Below, in pieces: positions 50,801 through 64,000 of a DNA stretch of 64,000 nt. The position numbers and the translations under genes are program-made. Within the stretch, counting starts at the first letter, position 1. Each line of letters begins with the position of its first letter. Origin of the DNA: Phoronis australis (taxonomy: Eukaryota; Animalia; Phoronida); NCBI GenBank assembly GCA_002633005.1, contig NMRA01000418.1, positions 183,173 through 247,172 of the forward strand, given 5' to 3'. Under the pieces are notes generated by a model. That model was not told the DNA's origin. It did not search any database and saw only the letters and a program-made list of their open reading frames with translations.

Positions 50801-53800
50801 CTCAACCCGTAATCACCAATATCACTCACGCAAGTCAAGTGCCTCTGCAACATTTTTCCAGAGCTTATTAATTAATTGTCATATTATCCCAGAAACATAA
50901 TTGAAAAGATATTTACTCACTCCATTCACGCCTTCTCAGCCACAAGAATTCACCTGATACAAAACTATTCAGAAAAATGCTCAATATCAAACTGCAGAGT
51001 ATGTGCATCTTACAATTGCTAAAATTTTGAACATGTGGGAGATACGTTTCTTACCTATCACCCTGATTCTTGTTTTCCTGCGCTGTGTAATAAACTTCAA
51101 TAATACAGCCATATAATTTTGCCGGCCCAGCCATTTTTATTCTTTATTTTCAGTTCTTTTTTACTTTGAAAATGTGTTTTTTCTCTTAGTATAATATAAT
51201 GCGTAACGTATTCATTTGTTTTTTTCCTTTGTTGAGCCAGCCATGTTAAAATTTAGGTTATATCATTCTTAATCTGTACCTTATTTTAGTTTATCCCATT
51301 ATTACACCCGGTAGTTTGTGTTGTAATTCCTATGGGTATGGGTATGTGTCCATGTACATGTACATGTACATGTACATTTGATATAGATCCATAATCATTT
51401 TGTTGATACTCAACACAAGTTAATGTATCGCTCATGTGCTGCAGTGAGAAAAATATTGACTAACTACAAGTACAGGGGTATAGGTGGTTTTCATCCAAGC
51501 CGCTCCCTTTGCCCTGTAACCAATGACTATGTATGGTCTTAGTAAAACTGAAGTTTTGTTGTTTACCTCTGGCTACTTCAAGTCCCACTCTTGTCACTTT
51601 AAGTTACACTTACAATGTAGGAACAACTTGACAATGATTGTGTAGATGCATGACTATTTGTATCTATCGAAGTATCTTTCTATCTACATATCTATCTATC
51701 TTTACTCTCTAGGGCCTTGATTGTAATGTTTCTATAACCTCACCTGCATATGTATACATGTACACATGCAAATGATATCTGACCCAGGGTATATGAATGA
51801 ATTTTGTCTTTCAAAGTCTAAATTCAAGTGTGCCGCCTCCACTGAAATGGTAACCGTTTGTCTGCCTTTTTATAAAAACAATACCAAAAACTTTTAATGA
51901 AGATAGACCAACTTCCAGAAAAATACAACTTCAAAAGTGACAATCAAGTCACTTTTAACTGGTACGCATACTTTTTTCTTTGTAGGCATCACCTTGTAAT
52001 GTCGCCGCAGGCACACCCGGCAGAGGGGTTAGATACAAGTAGTAATACGTTAGTTGGTTTCATTTCATTTTGATTGATGCGATAATTGATATTCATATGT
52101 TTTAGGGATAGTTGAATAATAAAGCTACCATATCATAATTTAAAAGATTTTGATTTTTTGTAAAAAATTGCACATTCAGTAAGTTGTACCCACTATAATT
52201 CCAATTCAAATATTTGTTATCAAGTACATTCGATGTTTTAATCGTATCAATCCTTTGATTACTCGGCCTTTTGTCGTCCACCAGTGTGTCAATTCGTAAT
52301 GCTATTATTATAGTGAGTGCTCTGTTGCCCATCTTAATTACTTACATGTACCATTATTGGTTTTCGCCCGTTTAAGTAAGCTACATTAAACTTGCCTATT
52401 TTCTATGACTACTTCGCACTCTTAGCACTCTATACATGTACATGTTTTTCACGGACATCATTAAACTATCAGATATTTTAGTTGAAATTACTTCTGAATC
52501 TTGCTGCGTATTCATCACATCCCTAACTGCCGGTCTGCTATTGGATAAAACACGGTGTAAATTGTATGCGAAGTTTTCTATCGGTCAGCTTTTCAACTTG
52601 CTTTTTGAACTGTAATTCACCCCCGGGATTTACCCCTAGTAATTTGTCTACAGAATAGAATCATATAAACTTTAGACATGTGTTTTTGCAATGACAGTAG
52701 CGATTTCATTAAATTTCACTTTCCAATCAGGTAACCTTCAGTAACATAGAATTTAGCATAATTAACAAATTGAACGTGCGATTGGCCAGCTCGAACAAGT
52801 TTCCAGTTATTGGTTTTTCAAGAAGAAACAGCAACATATTGAAGTAATCACTCGTCAATGTATACAGTGAGAGGCAGAAGTCAGTGGCATGCAACCAGTT
52901 GTGTGGCATTCCACAATAGTCCTATTCTACAAATTATTTCCGTTGACACATGCAGGCGGTTCCAGGGTCCGTCTCATAAAAGACACAAACTCGACGGTCT
53001 TACGCTCCCATTTCACTATTGCTGTATAAAGTTTTCGTCAAGTAATTATGAGCGCATCACAGTCGAAAACTATTTTACAAAAACTTTCTCAGCAACTGAG
53101 AGTGACGAGTATTTTCTCATAGAATTTTGCTCGGGGGGAGTTGCGACTTTTTTTTGAAATCCGTACGTGGGTCGAAAAGTCAAATTCCTTTCTCAAGTCT
53201 GATGTCACTTCATGAAACATAACGCCGACTTCTCACTTGTATACATTTGCTTTTGATTTAAACGTATAAGAATGTTGACACACGTGTGTGTAAGGGAAGA
53301 ATTTTGTTGTCTTAATTCACAATAAGCCACAGCATGGCACATAAAATTTACACGCATTTATACCGAATTCCTGGAATCATGCGCAAGAAGTGAACACGAC
53401 CATCTGACGAGTCGGACATGGGACCGAAATACTAAGGGGATAGGGCTACAAATAAACCCGCACTAAGGGTTGGAGACTTATTATGCCCTCGCAGTTGGGG
53501 ATCGTGATGCTACATGTCGTCACACAAGCTTATTGAAATTTTCTGTTCCACTGAGTGTGGTGCAAGAATCCACGGAGAGACAAGATGAGTGCGCAAGCAA
53601 GATGGGTGGGCTATTTTCGGGCGAAATAAGTATCCAGCTGTAAACGAGTTTCGTGAAGACTGCAGCCGTGTAAGCTGTGAACGAGTGTAGAGGGTCGCGT
53701 TTGTTCGTCTTTACGTAGGCCACTAAAGTGGTTTGAGCTTTAGTAACCATGGTTAATTCGTTGATGGGACATGATTTGCAGTAATAAATTGGACAACATA

Positions 53801-54623
53801 AATGTAACGCCAGACGAGTTAGAGGAGTTCGTTTGTATGACGAATACGAGAAAATGCTGAGTTTGTCGGAACTCAGTCGCACAAAATGCTGAAACAACGG
53901 AGTACTTGACAGCTACACAAACATCGTCACCTGTACATGCAGATCTAGTTGATATTTTCATTAGCCCGGTGCACCATCACGGTACCGTATGTTACCACAG
54001 CTACATGTACCAAAGGCGTGAGGAAAGCGTGAGGAAAGCGTGAGGAAGGCGTTAATCATACCGGAGGTAAGCGTGAGAGCTACCCGAAGAGCAGGCGTGG
54101 GACAACCGTGACTGATTTCTCTCACGTTTGTGTTCCGGTTACGGTCCGGTCTGTCCAGGCGTGAGGTAGACCGGAGGAAGTCTAATAATTCAGTGGCTGT
54201 TCTGTTACTAGTTAACATAACAAGTGATAGTTACCGACAATGGGACTTTTATTTACATGTATACGATATAGTACAGAGCCAGGATGAGGTGGCTCGTCTA
54301 CCAACAGAGGGACTACACGTATGAGCTTGAGTTTTAAGGCAATATCTGAGAGTTGTCGCAAGTGTTACATTGACAGAGTTGTGAACAATTCATTAACAGC
54401 TGATTGAAAAACATTTAGTGTACTCATGCTTCTACCATTATTTGGGAGACTTCTATGTCTTATGTTTTGATAACAAAGAGAAAAATAATCATTAGTTTTT
54501 TACTAATAGCTTGGAATACCTAATGGCTTTTACAGTTACACTGTTGCAAATTTTGTTAAATATTATCTCGTTTGTCATAGAAACAATTGATTCTATTGCA
54601 AACACTTAACTTATTTATTCCAG

Positions 54624-55420
54624 GTAAAGGTGATCACAGTATTTTTAAGTACATCAAGAGCAACAGAACCATTAGCATTGACTGGGAAGTATATTGTGGA
54701 CAATTTGTAAGTTTTTGCGCAGATGGTAAGTTTAACACTACAGCAGTAACAAAGGTACATTTCACTCTGTATAAGTGGCTTCAAACCAGAAATTAAATAT
54801 TGTCGTTTATTTCAGTCAGTAAAACCTTTTCTTGGCTAATATGGAACACTCTTTCCATTACCAGCAAATAACATAAGAAAACTACCAGTGACTCGAGGCG
54901 TCATTCTTTATTAATAGTATAAACTCACTGATCCACCAAATTCTTGGGTTTTGATTTGGTGATGTTCCTAGTTACTAGCATAAAGCAGAACAAGTCCAAA
55001 GTGGAAGTCATTGATGAGATTTAAATGCTTGAAATCTTTATTGCTCGGTTTTCAAAAGTTGACTGGATTTTGTTAACACAGTGACTTCTCGTTTTTTTCT
55101 CAGGAAAGTACAAAGCGGTACTTCTTCATGTGGGGACGAATGACATTGCAAAGAGACATCACCTGAAGATGCTGTTTGGATAAGTCAGTACATGTAGTTG
55201 AATTTAGTATTGGTGCTCCGGGAAATACACATAATTTGTCATCTCTATTACCATGTCTTTGATGAAATATCCCAATATCACAATGATATTTATGTCTATG
55301 AGAATGAACATTTTTAGTACCGTCCACACAGCAGCTAGTGCAAGTTATCCCAGTTTTAAGTGGAGTGTCCACACTCACACATATCCACTAACTAGGGTAA
55401 GACGTAAGTTGACGCTCTGT
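54624..55420 (+). pseudogene. Decayed, spliced SGNH/GDSL esterase-like coding region (two exons: 54624-54725 and 55104-~55420)
   Basis: Exon 1 (ttccag|...|gtaag) reads GDHSIFKYI (block I-like). It splices in frame to exon 2 (tttttctcag|) KYKAVLLHVGTNDIAK (block III GxND), followed by a frameshifted LSSLLP. Confidence 0.55.
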
Positions 55421-57859
55421 GCATGACAATGAAGTTGATACGAATATGAGACACAAAAGGAAACTCTCCTGTATGTAATCGCACTTGATAATACTTCCGC
55501 CTTGCCCCATATTTGATATCACCCAAGAATTTTGGAAGTGGCACAAAGTGCCCTAGAGCAAGTTACCCTACCTCGAAAAGCTAGAGTAAATTGTCAGTTG
55601 TTGGGTAAGTTGCACTACTTTGGATAGCGTCCATGCAACCGTAAAACATAGACACAACTCCTTTTAATAGTTACTTGCTCTAGGAGTAGTCTGTGTGTGG
55701 ATGGCACTTACGATTTAATTTGGTTACATTTCTAATTTAATATCATATAAGAAGTGAACTTAGAGGAAACCGGTTGTATAATGAAATTCAATTTTCACCT
55801 ACACATAGTTTGTCATTAAATTGATCAGGCACACAGTATTTGTTAGTACATGTCATGTATAGGTACGGTGTTTTGGTGAATATTGGTCAATGAGGAAATA
55901 CTGACTATATAATAACATACATGTATAAGTTTTCGTTCACTTTACAGCTGACAGTCAGGAAAATTTGTGTGTGACCGAATTAATACCCGCTAGTGCTTTA
56001 CTACACCACGCTGCATATTTTGCCTATCCTTAAGCTTCTTACTTTCAGTTACATTAACTCCTTCATTTGCTATTAACCTGCATTATTCCTTATACATGTG
56101 AGTGCAATCATGAAATCATGAGAAACAACATAAAATCAGATTCAAATTCAGGAAAGTGTATATTTCACTGAAAATCCACATTCCTCTTGATGTGCACAAT
56201 CTCTAGTGGAATAAAATCACTACCAAGACATTTCTTGAAGACTTTGAAATCAACTGTGATGTGTGTGAAGAATGGAAGAGCCAATGTGGCAACTACAACT
56301 CAGTGCACACAATGAGTTTCCTGTACAAAATCTTGTATCTTGACTTCACTGGATCTGCTTACAAAAATGCTATTACTTATCCTAATCCTCATTCAATCTG
56401 ACATGCCCTTCTTCATAGTGAATTCAAGATAGGATATAGTTATTTTGCATTCATAAATATGTGTGATAACATATATTGTACTAGAGGCCCACTGCCACAT
56501 ACTGTACATCTGATCAATTCCTTGCTTAGCTAGACTTATTTTGCACAATCTCCGTTGTAGTTCACCACATTCTTGAGAGGCAATTTTTGTTTTTGCTCGT
56601 GTTTCCTGAGGTTTTGAATTGACAGTGTCAATTTGCTTAGATTGTGTGTCCTAGTTTGTATAGTCTGTTTCTTCACCTACATTTTAAAAAGTATGCACAT
56701 ATGTACAACACAGACTATCTGGAGCCACTGGTTATTAAGATGACATTGACAGACAGCAACTTACCCTACATGAATTACACAGCATACTTCAATAGGCACT
56801 GCCTGTGTTAACTTTTGTCCAGGTATTTCTTCATATATCTTGAATTATATGAAAGTCCTGGGTGACTGCATAATATGTATTTCAAATGTTGTCGATGGGG
56901 ACAGCACTGGAATTTTTTGCCTGTGTAAGTTGTGGGTTGCATTCCACAATTCATCCTTGGTGTTTACGTTGTTAGTACTATGTATTTTTTCATCCAGTTG
57001 CTGTTCTAAAGATTTGGAATAGTGTTTTTGTTTGCAGCTTCTCTTTGATGTTGACTGTATTTTAGAAAAGGCCTGCTTGGTACTAACGCGTGAAAATGAT
57101 TTACTCCCTTCACGTTTGAGATGCACCAATCGTGTCCCAATATCAACTGTGCTGTTAACCCATGTCGATACCAACTGTTTGATTCATGAACTTAGTTCTA
57201 CATCGGTTCTTGAAGTCGAGCGTGACTGAAACTTTAGAAAAAGGATGGCATATGTTACATGTGGACAGATGATGGATTTCCATCCATTGTCTTTTGGGAA
57301 TAATTCACTCACGTTTTCTACTTTTAGTCCCTCTGTGTTACCAACTAGCATTTCCGATCTTGGATATACTGCAGATGCTCCAGTTAATAGAACCAAGGAG
57401 GACCTGGTGGGAATGTTGCTTCAAATTAACTGAGAAAAGACAAGACCAAACTTTACATCCCTGAAGAGTATCAGGTGCTGCCTGGTGATCACAATATTTG
57501 TAAATACCATTTATGCATTTGCACTTGTCTGTCATTTATTGTTATAGGGAAACCATACTTTTTTAAACATCTGTATGTTGTGTTATCATTCAAAAACCAG
57601 GAAACCGACAAAAACAAATTATATGAATTCCATATGAGTACTCTGCCTCATATTCCAGATTATTTGTCTTCCTATCTCAAACACCCATCCACAAAATGAG
57701 AGTCTAAATTGTAAAAAAATCCATGATTCATTGACAAGCGTGCTTTCCGAATTACACCATTCTGTTTTACAAATGAGGGTGGCCTGAGCAAATGCATTCA
57801 GTGCAATCATAGGAAGCAAAATTCTATGTATTTTTTAAAAGTGTGAATTAAATTTTCAA

Positions 57860-58240
57860 AAATCTCCAAGAAATCTGCAACCATCTCAAAGAGCATTCCA
57901 TCACATCTTCTACATTTGAGGATAAAGATGCTTGTTTGTCTCGTATGTCTCACTTTCCAATTAAAAAACTACAACACTTGTCGAATTCCAAGAAATCTGG
58001 TTTGGCAAATATTGCAAAGCATAAACTTTCCTCCAAATCGTCAAAGTATAGGCCAAAAACAAGTCTGAAACATTTCTTCTGTTGCGTATGTAACTTAGAA
58101 TATAAGGACCCAGATGTGGGAATTCAACCATCCATTCAATAGAGAGATGATACGACTGGTTTCACTTTAAATGTGAACAGGTTATTGAGGATAATCCACC
58201 TCCCTCAGAGGAGGAATGGTTTTGCCAAGCGTGTGACTCC
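57860..58240 (+). pseudogene. Decayed ORF end with a C-terminal PHD finger
   Basis: FCCVCNLEYKDPDVGIQPSIQ* then, after a frameshift, YDWFHFKCEQVIEDNPPPSEEEWFCQACDS. This is a C4HC3 pattern with the second Cys pair mutated. Confidence 0.7.
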
Positions 58241-59333
58241 AGCACACAATCAAATATGACTTTAGATAATAATTACTTCAAAAACGAGACACTTTTCCAT
58301 TTTTATTGTGTGAAACTAACTGTTGCTCAACTGTTAATGATTCTCAATGTTTGATTTAGTCTTATATACATTAGGTAAAATATGCCTAGCCCAGTATTAT
58401 GCAGCTCAAATGTTTCTGATGATAGCCTTTAACTTACTATTTTAGGTATTCGTTTTGTACTTTTATCAACTCCAATCATAACAGCTAACAGCTTTGATTA
58501 AAAGATACATAATATGCTGGATTCAATCTATCAGGCTTCAAACTCCAACATGGCAGCACGTGTAGTGTTGTCGATTCAAATGTCTCAAGAACTATTTAAT
58601 GAACATGGTGATGTTTTGAACGCCAAAGGACTTGGGTTAAGATTTCAGCGTTTACTACTAAGCATTGAAAAAATGTTGTTTAATAATTACTGGTTATCTA
58701 CAGGTATTTCAACAATCATTTTAAGCTCGATTTTCACTCGATTACAGTCGTTATTTTATTTTCAAATGGATAAGTTGTATTCTGTGTCATCTACTGGTCT
58801 AGTTTATTTTTTTCACATCAGTTTAGATGCCAGTTTATTTATAAAGTGTTCAATTGTTGGAAAGTGTTGTCAACAACACAAATAATGTTGTTGTTTAACA
58901 TATTCTGCATCAGGTAGTTATCAATATTTGATGACAATCAACATCCATTCTCAGTACTCAGTGTTGCTGTTGTTTTGGTGTAAATTATTTGTAATTATAT
59001 TTTAATGGGATAAAAATACATCTGTTCTGTGGGGATGGGTTGTTCATTTGGAAGGTAGTTGGTGGTTTTGAACAATCCCTGCTGAATGCATAACTCGAAG
59101 CACTCTTTAGCAACGTCCACAGAACAAGGAAAAGAATGTTGTTCAATAAAAAATTCTTTCAGTCAGAGGGGCATTTGATTATAAGCTAAACCTATTCAAT
59201 AACAAGTTACCTATCGACTTGCCATTCTTTTAGTTGTGTGCACTTATTTATTTGTATAGCAAAACTGTTTTTTTTCTGAAAATGTACACTCTATCGTCGG
59301 CATCATTGTCTTTCTAAATAATAAAGTCTATTA

Positions 59334-60745
59334 CCGTATTCTCCGTAATAACCGCCCAGGGTGCTTTAAAAAGTTCGGTTCAGGGGGGTGCTTATTATAA
59401 CCCAAGGCGGTTGAAATCCGGTCTCCGAAACGGGTAAAAACGGAAGCTAAGATTCATCAAATTTATGCTCTGTGACGTATATGTAATCTATGAAAGACTT
59501 TCTACAAAACTGTGGTGCATTGCTATCAAGCTTTTCTTCTAAATTACCATCATTTTACAGAAAATTGTGCTGAAATCCCAGGGCAAAAACTCGCCGACTG
59601 ACTGCCTTGGAATCGCCGTCTTCGATGTGGCGACTTCAATGCTTGAATAAAAATGGTTTCGACTCAAGCAAACTACCTGAAATCCTCATTAAGTTTGATA
59701 AGTAGCGTCTCTAAGATTTTTTAAGTTCCCGTGGAGTCTGGATTAACGGCAGATTTAAGTACAAATCTGTACAACATCGTGCCATCTACATGTATGATCG
59801 GCAACACGGCGAGAAAAATGTCTGGACGAACACACATGTTGTTGTCACGTGACGTTTCTTTTGAAGTTCGTCTGCGAGTAAGCGTGCGCGTGTGTGTCAC
59901 CATAGTTCATTTGCCAAAGCAGAGACCGTCTTTTGGCCAGAGCCACGCAATTTAACTAGGTAGATGTGTCTATAGAAATTCGCACTAGCAGTAGGCCTAA
60001 ATCAGAGCGTTTTTCATTCAGCACTTGTCAGTCTCGTGCTAAAAACGTTCGACATTTGTCTTGGTGAGGCCCATATTAGTCGCCGTGTAGCTGGATGCGT
60101 ACGTAACTATCTGACAGTTATTTTTCGATGTAAGGGTGTATAAGCATTCACTGTCAGTTGTCATTTTATCGGATATTCGGCTTAAAAACACGAATTATGG
60201 TTAATCAAACAATACATCTCAAAAATAACGCAAACATGTTTTATAGTATTAGAAATTGTCGGAAATTTGTGCCAATATTCATTTCTTATCGATGCAATGC
60301 TACCCGTTTCATGAATGGATAGTTCCCGACTAATGTCTTTGATGACAGTTTCATGTATGTAGCGCGCGCTTCCTGGCCACGTGCGTTTAACACTGAGTTC
60401 TTTTATTCATGAGACAGTCGATGTGTCTACCGAAAGGTCAGACCGTAGTGGAACACGGTCGTTGCGAGAGCGTAGCAACGCTGTTGCGTTCTTTTTGAAG
60501 CACTGCGTTACTTTGAAGTGTAAAGTCACGGCTAAATACAAAAGCAACAATTCCGCCGGTGGTCTCGAAGACTCGTGCAAAATTTTTTTGATAAGTTGAA
60601 GGCGTTACTGTAGCCGAGTTTTAGGACTGTAGGTACGTCATTGTTCGCACGTACACGTTCATGGAGTGGGCGCTTATTTCAGCAAAGTCTGAAAACGCGT
60701 GGGGGGCGCTTATAGGGGCATGGGCTGTTATTACGGCGAATACGG
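59334..60745 (+). mobile_element. Full-length non-autonomous pogo-like element, same family as 14234-15616
   Basis: TA|CCGTATTCTCCGTAATAAC ... GTTATTACGGCGAATACGG|TA; colinear with 14234-15616. Confidence 0.87.
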
Positions 60746-61722
60746 TATTTGTAAAATATGTGTGTCAAAATTTATATTTGTATTCCATGATGTTGCAACA
60801 GGTTGAAAATTGTGAGTTGCACATTGATAAGACACAAGGTTAACAGTCAGGTGTGGCGCATTTTTAGAACTTAAAAAGTTTCTCCACTGAATAATAGGCA
60901 TCAAACTGGTTCTCAAAAGTTAGCTTATACCATATCCGAATATAGTCCACTATTAAGTGTATATGAGATTTTTATTTCAAATTTTTCAATGATCATTTTT
61001 ATTCATCCTCAGTTGTCTGAGACTTCATTTGTTCTGCAGGTGCCTGATTGAATAAGTCTCATCAATTCTAACTAATGTTGTATTTCTAGAAATACTGATC
61101 CTTAAAGATGGTACTTATGTGTCATGAAACAGTGTAAAATAAAGTTAGTCACCAGCAAACTACAAATTCTGTGTTGATTTCTCTTATGGTAAATACAATA
61201 TCTCTTGTTACACTAAGTTTTATGTTGTTCAGAATGTTGGAATTAGCCTATTTTTGATTTTAGGGTTCATTGCACACCATTCAACTGTAAGAAAGGAAAT
61301 GCTACCTCCTTTATTCTAATAAAATGCTCTTATAGTTTTACCATGATAGTATTTCATTTCCATTACCAACAAGAACTACCTCTTGACTAAAGAAACACCT
61401 TCAGAATTCATTGGAATTAGTACGACCAGTTCCTTACATTTAAAAATTGGTTTGTGTTCGCACTGCATGTGATTGGGGCATTGAAAAAAATCAAAATCTG
61501 ATAAGATGAAGATGTTGTCTTCAAAAGCAAGTATTGACAACCATGCAGCGTCAAATAAACAAGACATCGGCTTTACGACCGACTGTGTAAGACTGATGAA
61601 TACATAAAGTGCGCATTTTACAAGCCAATTACTCAATATGTTGAAGGTTATATTAGGCAAAATGCTAGGTATATCATAAGCATAAAGGCCATACACTTGG
61701 AATATATTGTTTACACCTTTAC

Positions 61723-61816
61723 AAATTATCAAAGAATACAACTGCAGTGTAATATAGAAACAAAAACAGAACTGACCTCCGCAAGCGTTTACTTCCTGTA
61801 TAAAATATTCCTCCAT
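61723..61816 (-). CDS. Candidate first coding (signal peptide) exon of the IgSF gene
   Basis: ATG at 61816. A phase-1 GTAAAG donor at 61722 would give MEEYFIQEVNACGGQFCFCFYITLQLYSLII-Y-VGVSA/LSLSTSS. Several CpG-rich motifs lie just upstream (61850-62080). The donor is weak and the acidic N-region is atypical. Confidence 0.25.
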
Positions 61817-62289
61817 TTCTGAGGACTCGGGAATTCCATTAAAGCGTATGTCATCGATTACGGTTTCAAGTCCCTAGGTGTCGCGAGAGTAAAACGTTAT
61901 TTTGGGACTGGGTCGCGTTTTGCACGGCACATAGTGCCACACACAGAGGATAAATTAGAATCACCCAATAATCATCAAATTCCACAATCAGTTGAAGTAT
62001 TTTAAGGCATTTATTTTCATGCTAAGTTAGTCACTGAATACGTAAACAACATTATCCCACGCGCGCTGAATCTGTCGACGGAAATAAGGCCATGAAATGC
62101 AAAAGGTACCCGCTAATCCAAAACCTTTACGGCTAACAGATGTCGCTTTTCATCAATCACGTGTCATTTTATCGCTCAAGTAAGACTGTCTGCCAGAGAA
62201 TCTTAACCAAGAACCTTGACCTACATTCTGCTGCTGCTGACTGTAACCACAGGTCACGAGAGTTCATGAACCAGACTGTGTATGTCCTG

Positions 62290-62690
62290 GGCCCTGTCTC
62301 CAATCTTTTTACTCGAAATGGAACTCGAAATTAGGTTTGGCATTTTCTACTCTACTTTTGGGCGAACTCAAGATAAGTGTCTATTATTCTATGCTCGAGT
62401 ACACAATAACTTACGTAGATAATTTATTGCCCTCAGTTCACAGTTTGTAAACCCAATATTAAAGCAAGAAGTTCGAGTTTGAACTCGAAATTTCGAGTTT
62501 TTACTCGAGTTTGTAGCACGAATATAAGGGTCTTCAAGGGCAAACTTGAACTAGAAACTCCTATGCATAAACTATAATGTATTCGAGCACAGTCTGATAA
62601 CAAATTATCTTAAGTTCGCACAAAAGGAGCAGAGAAATTGCCAAAAATAGTTTCGAGTTCGTTTCGAGTACAAAGATTAGAGACCGGGCC
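62290..62690. mobile_element. PIF/Harbinger-like MITE, 401 bp
   Basis: ~40-bp imperfect TIRs GGCCCTGTCTCCAATCTTTTTACTCGAAA / TTTCGAGTACAAAGATTAGAGACCGGGCC, flanked by CTG and CAG (CWG target); internal CTCGAA repeats. Confidence 0.75.
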
Positions 62691-63864
62691 CAGATGAGTG
62701 GCGAATTTGTGTGGAAAAGAAATCTTTGTGTCCGACATTCCATGTTTAAAACCCCATTTGTAACAACTATTTATAACATATAATTAAGATGAAAGTGTTA
62801 ATAATATACGCTGTTGTGGTTGCTCAGCCTAAACGCTGGGGTAAAATATATATGACCATGGTGAGGCTACTAAACCGGGCCCGGCCACTTTTCCGCCCGG
62901 TGAGAATTTGGCAACTTCACAACCATAATTTTAATTAGGTTGAAACATAACCAATATATTTTTTAAATTATGTTTGAATTATACATGGTGATATACATGT
63001 TAGGTTTTATTCTCTGCGATATTTTCTTTCTCGTTCAGTGTCTCGTTAGCCAACAACACTGAGCCCAGCAGACCGGACTGGCTGTGGCACGACACGGCAG
63101 CTGATGATTCACCAAGTAGAAACGACTGTATTTAATGTTCTATCAACACAAGATTCAGTTCACATAAGAATATCACATGACTGTAAGCAGCGCTGCCTGT
63201 TAGTAAAGCATCATTGCATCCAGCGCCATCTGTTTGCCGTAAAGGTTTTGGATGAGCGGGTACCTTTATGAAATAAAGTTTTCTGTATTCACCTCCTGCA
63301 CTACTTAAACAGCGACCTCTGACATGCAAAGTTCAAAAGGTAGGTCAATGTCGACTCGACGTCTTCAGCCGGTTCGATCATCAAACTTTCCCAATATAGT
63401 TTAAAGTAATACAGTTGCAACAGTGTAACTAACACTCCACATGTAACCAGGCCCTAAACGTAAAATCTGGATCAAACAGTTCATTACAAGACACTTATGT
63501 CTCAGTTTTCAATTGCTGAATACTATATCGTCTGCAACTGAGGCGCCGATTCCTAGGAAATTAAAATATCAAATATTGTTGTTGTTTAACTATTTCCAGG
63601 AGATGTTACAAATTCACTACTCATTTGCCGTTGTTTTTAACTTTGTTATCTCTTTTCAAGAAATAATTCGTCACTTTTAAAACTGTTTCTTTTACAAGAG
63701 AAAACTTGCAACCCAACGCAAAAGTACATACATATAGGATGTGATCCGCCATGTGAACAGTCTGGCCGGTTAAGTATTTGAAAAATCTGCCGAATAAATG
63801 TAAGAAACTTAAGAATCCGAAGCGCATGGGATAAATACAAAACATACCTCGATTGGCGTACATC

Positions 63865-63967
63865 ATGAAGTAATATCCCACTCGACCTTACTCCGCATAA
63901 CGACTTCGGCCTTCGCCTTCAGTCTCAATCGATACACGAAATAATGTCTCGTGGGATATTACTTCAT
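63865..63967. repeat. 17-bp perfect inverted repeat around a 69-bp spacer, likely a transposon subterminal structure
   Basis: ATGAAGTAATATCCCAC (63865-63881) and GTGGGATATTACTTCAT (63951-63967). Confidence 0.6.
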
Positions 63968-64000
63968 TTACGCTCTCGGTACATTTTATGTATTTACACA

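Noticed and set aside
51055-51112. ATG-initiated phase-1 mini-exon (MAVLLKFITQRRKTRIRVI, GTAAGA donor) as the Ig gene's first exon
   Set aside because: Good donor and phase, but the peptide is basic with no hydrophobic core, so it is a poor signal peptide; not fully excluded without cDNA.
56765-57429. Minus-strand near-open frame with CAG/GTAAG boundaries
   Set aside because: It has in-frame stops and no recognisable domain; more likely the antisense shadow of the decayed + strand coding region.
58080-58240. PHD finger near an Ig V exon as a RAG2-like/ProtoRAG component
   Set aside because: Spacing fits a canonical PHD. I saw no kelch repeats, no RAG1 core motifs and no heptamer/nonamer RSS flanking the V exon, which is a normal spliced exon including its G strand.

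Overview
This is AT-rich eukaryotic DNA from an invertebrate metazoan, probably marine, and it is dense in transposable elements; there is one 147-nt assembly gap. Nearly all ORFs in the supplied track are spurious. The main host feature is a minus-strand, intron-containing immunoglobulin-superfamily gene. Its intact V-set exon (40049-40417) lacks the canonical Cys-Trp-Cys core and splices in frame, across a ~29-kb intron, to an intact C2-set exon (10393-10707). Candidate signal-peptide (61723-61816) and membrane-anchor (9916-10112) exons are less certain. Further downstream on the same strand are decayed Cys-rich (VWC-like, EGF-like) and FN3-like exons. The rest is a nested stack of mobile elements. 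These include two non-autonomous Kolobok-type families with TTAA targets that retain KolX-like remnants, Helentron-associated (HINE/DINE-1-like) elements, TA-target pogo-like MITEs, a Harbinger MITE, a 5'-truncated L1/Tx1 LINE, CR1-like tails and tRNA-derived SINE heads. Relics of BEN, HIRAN-like, SGNH-esterase and PHD coding sequence are also present. All calls were made by eye, with no database searches.
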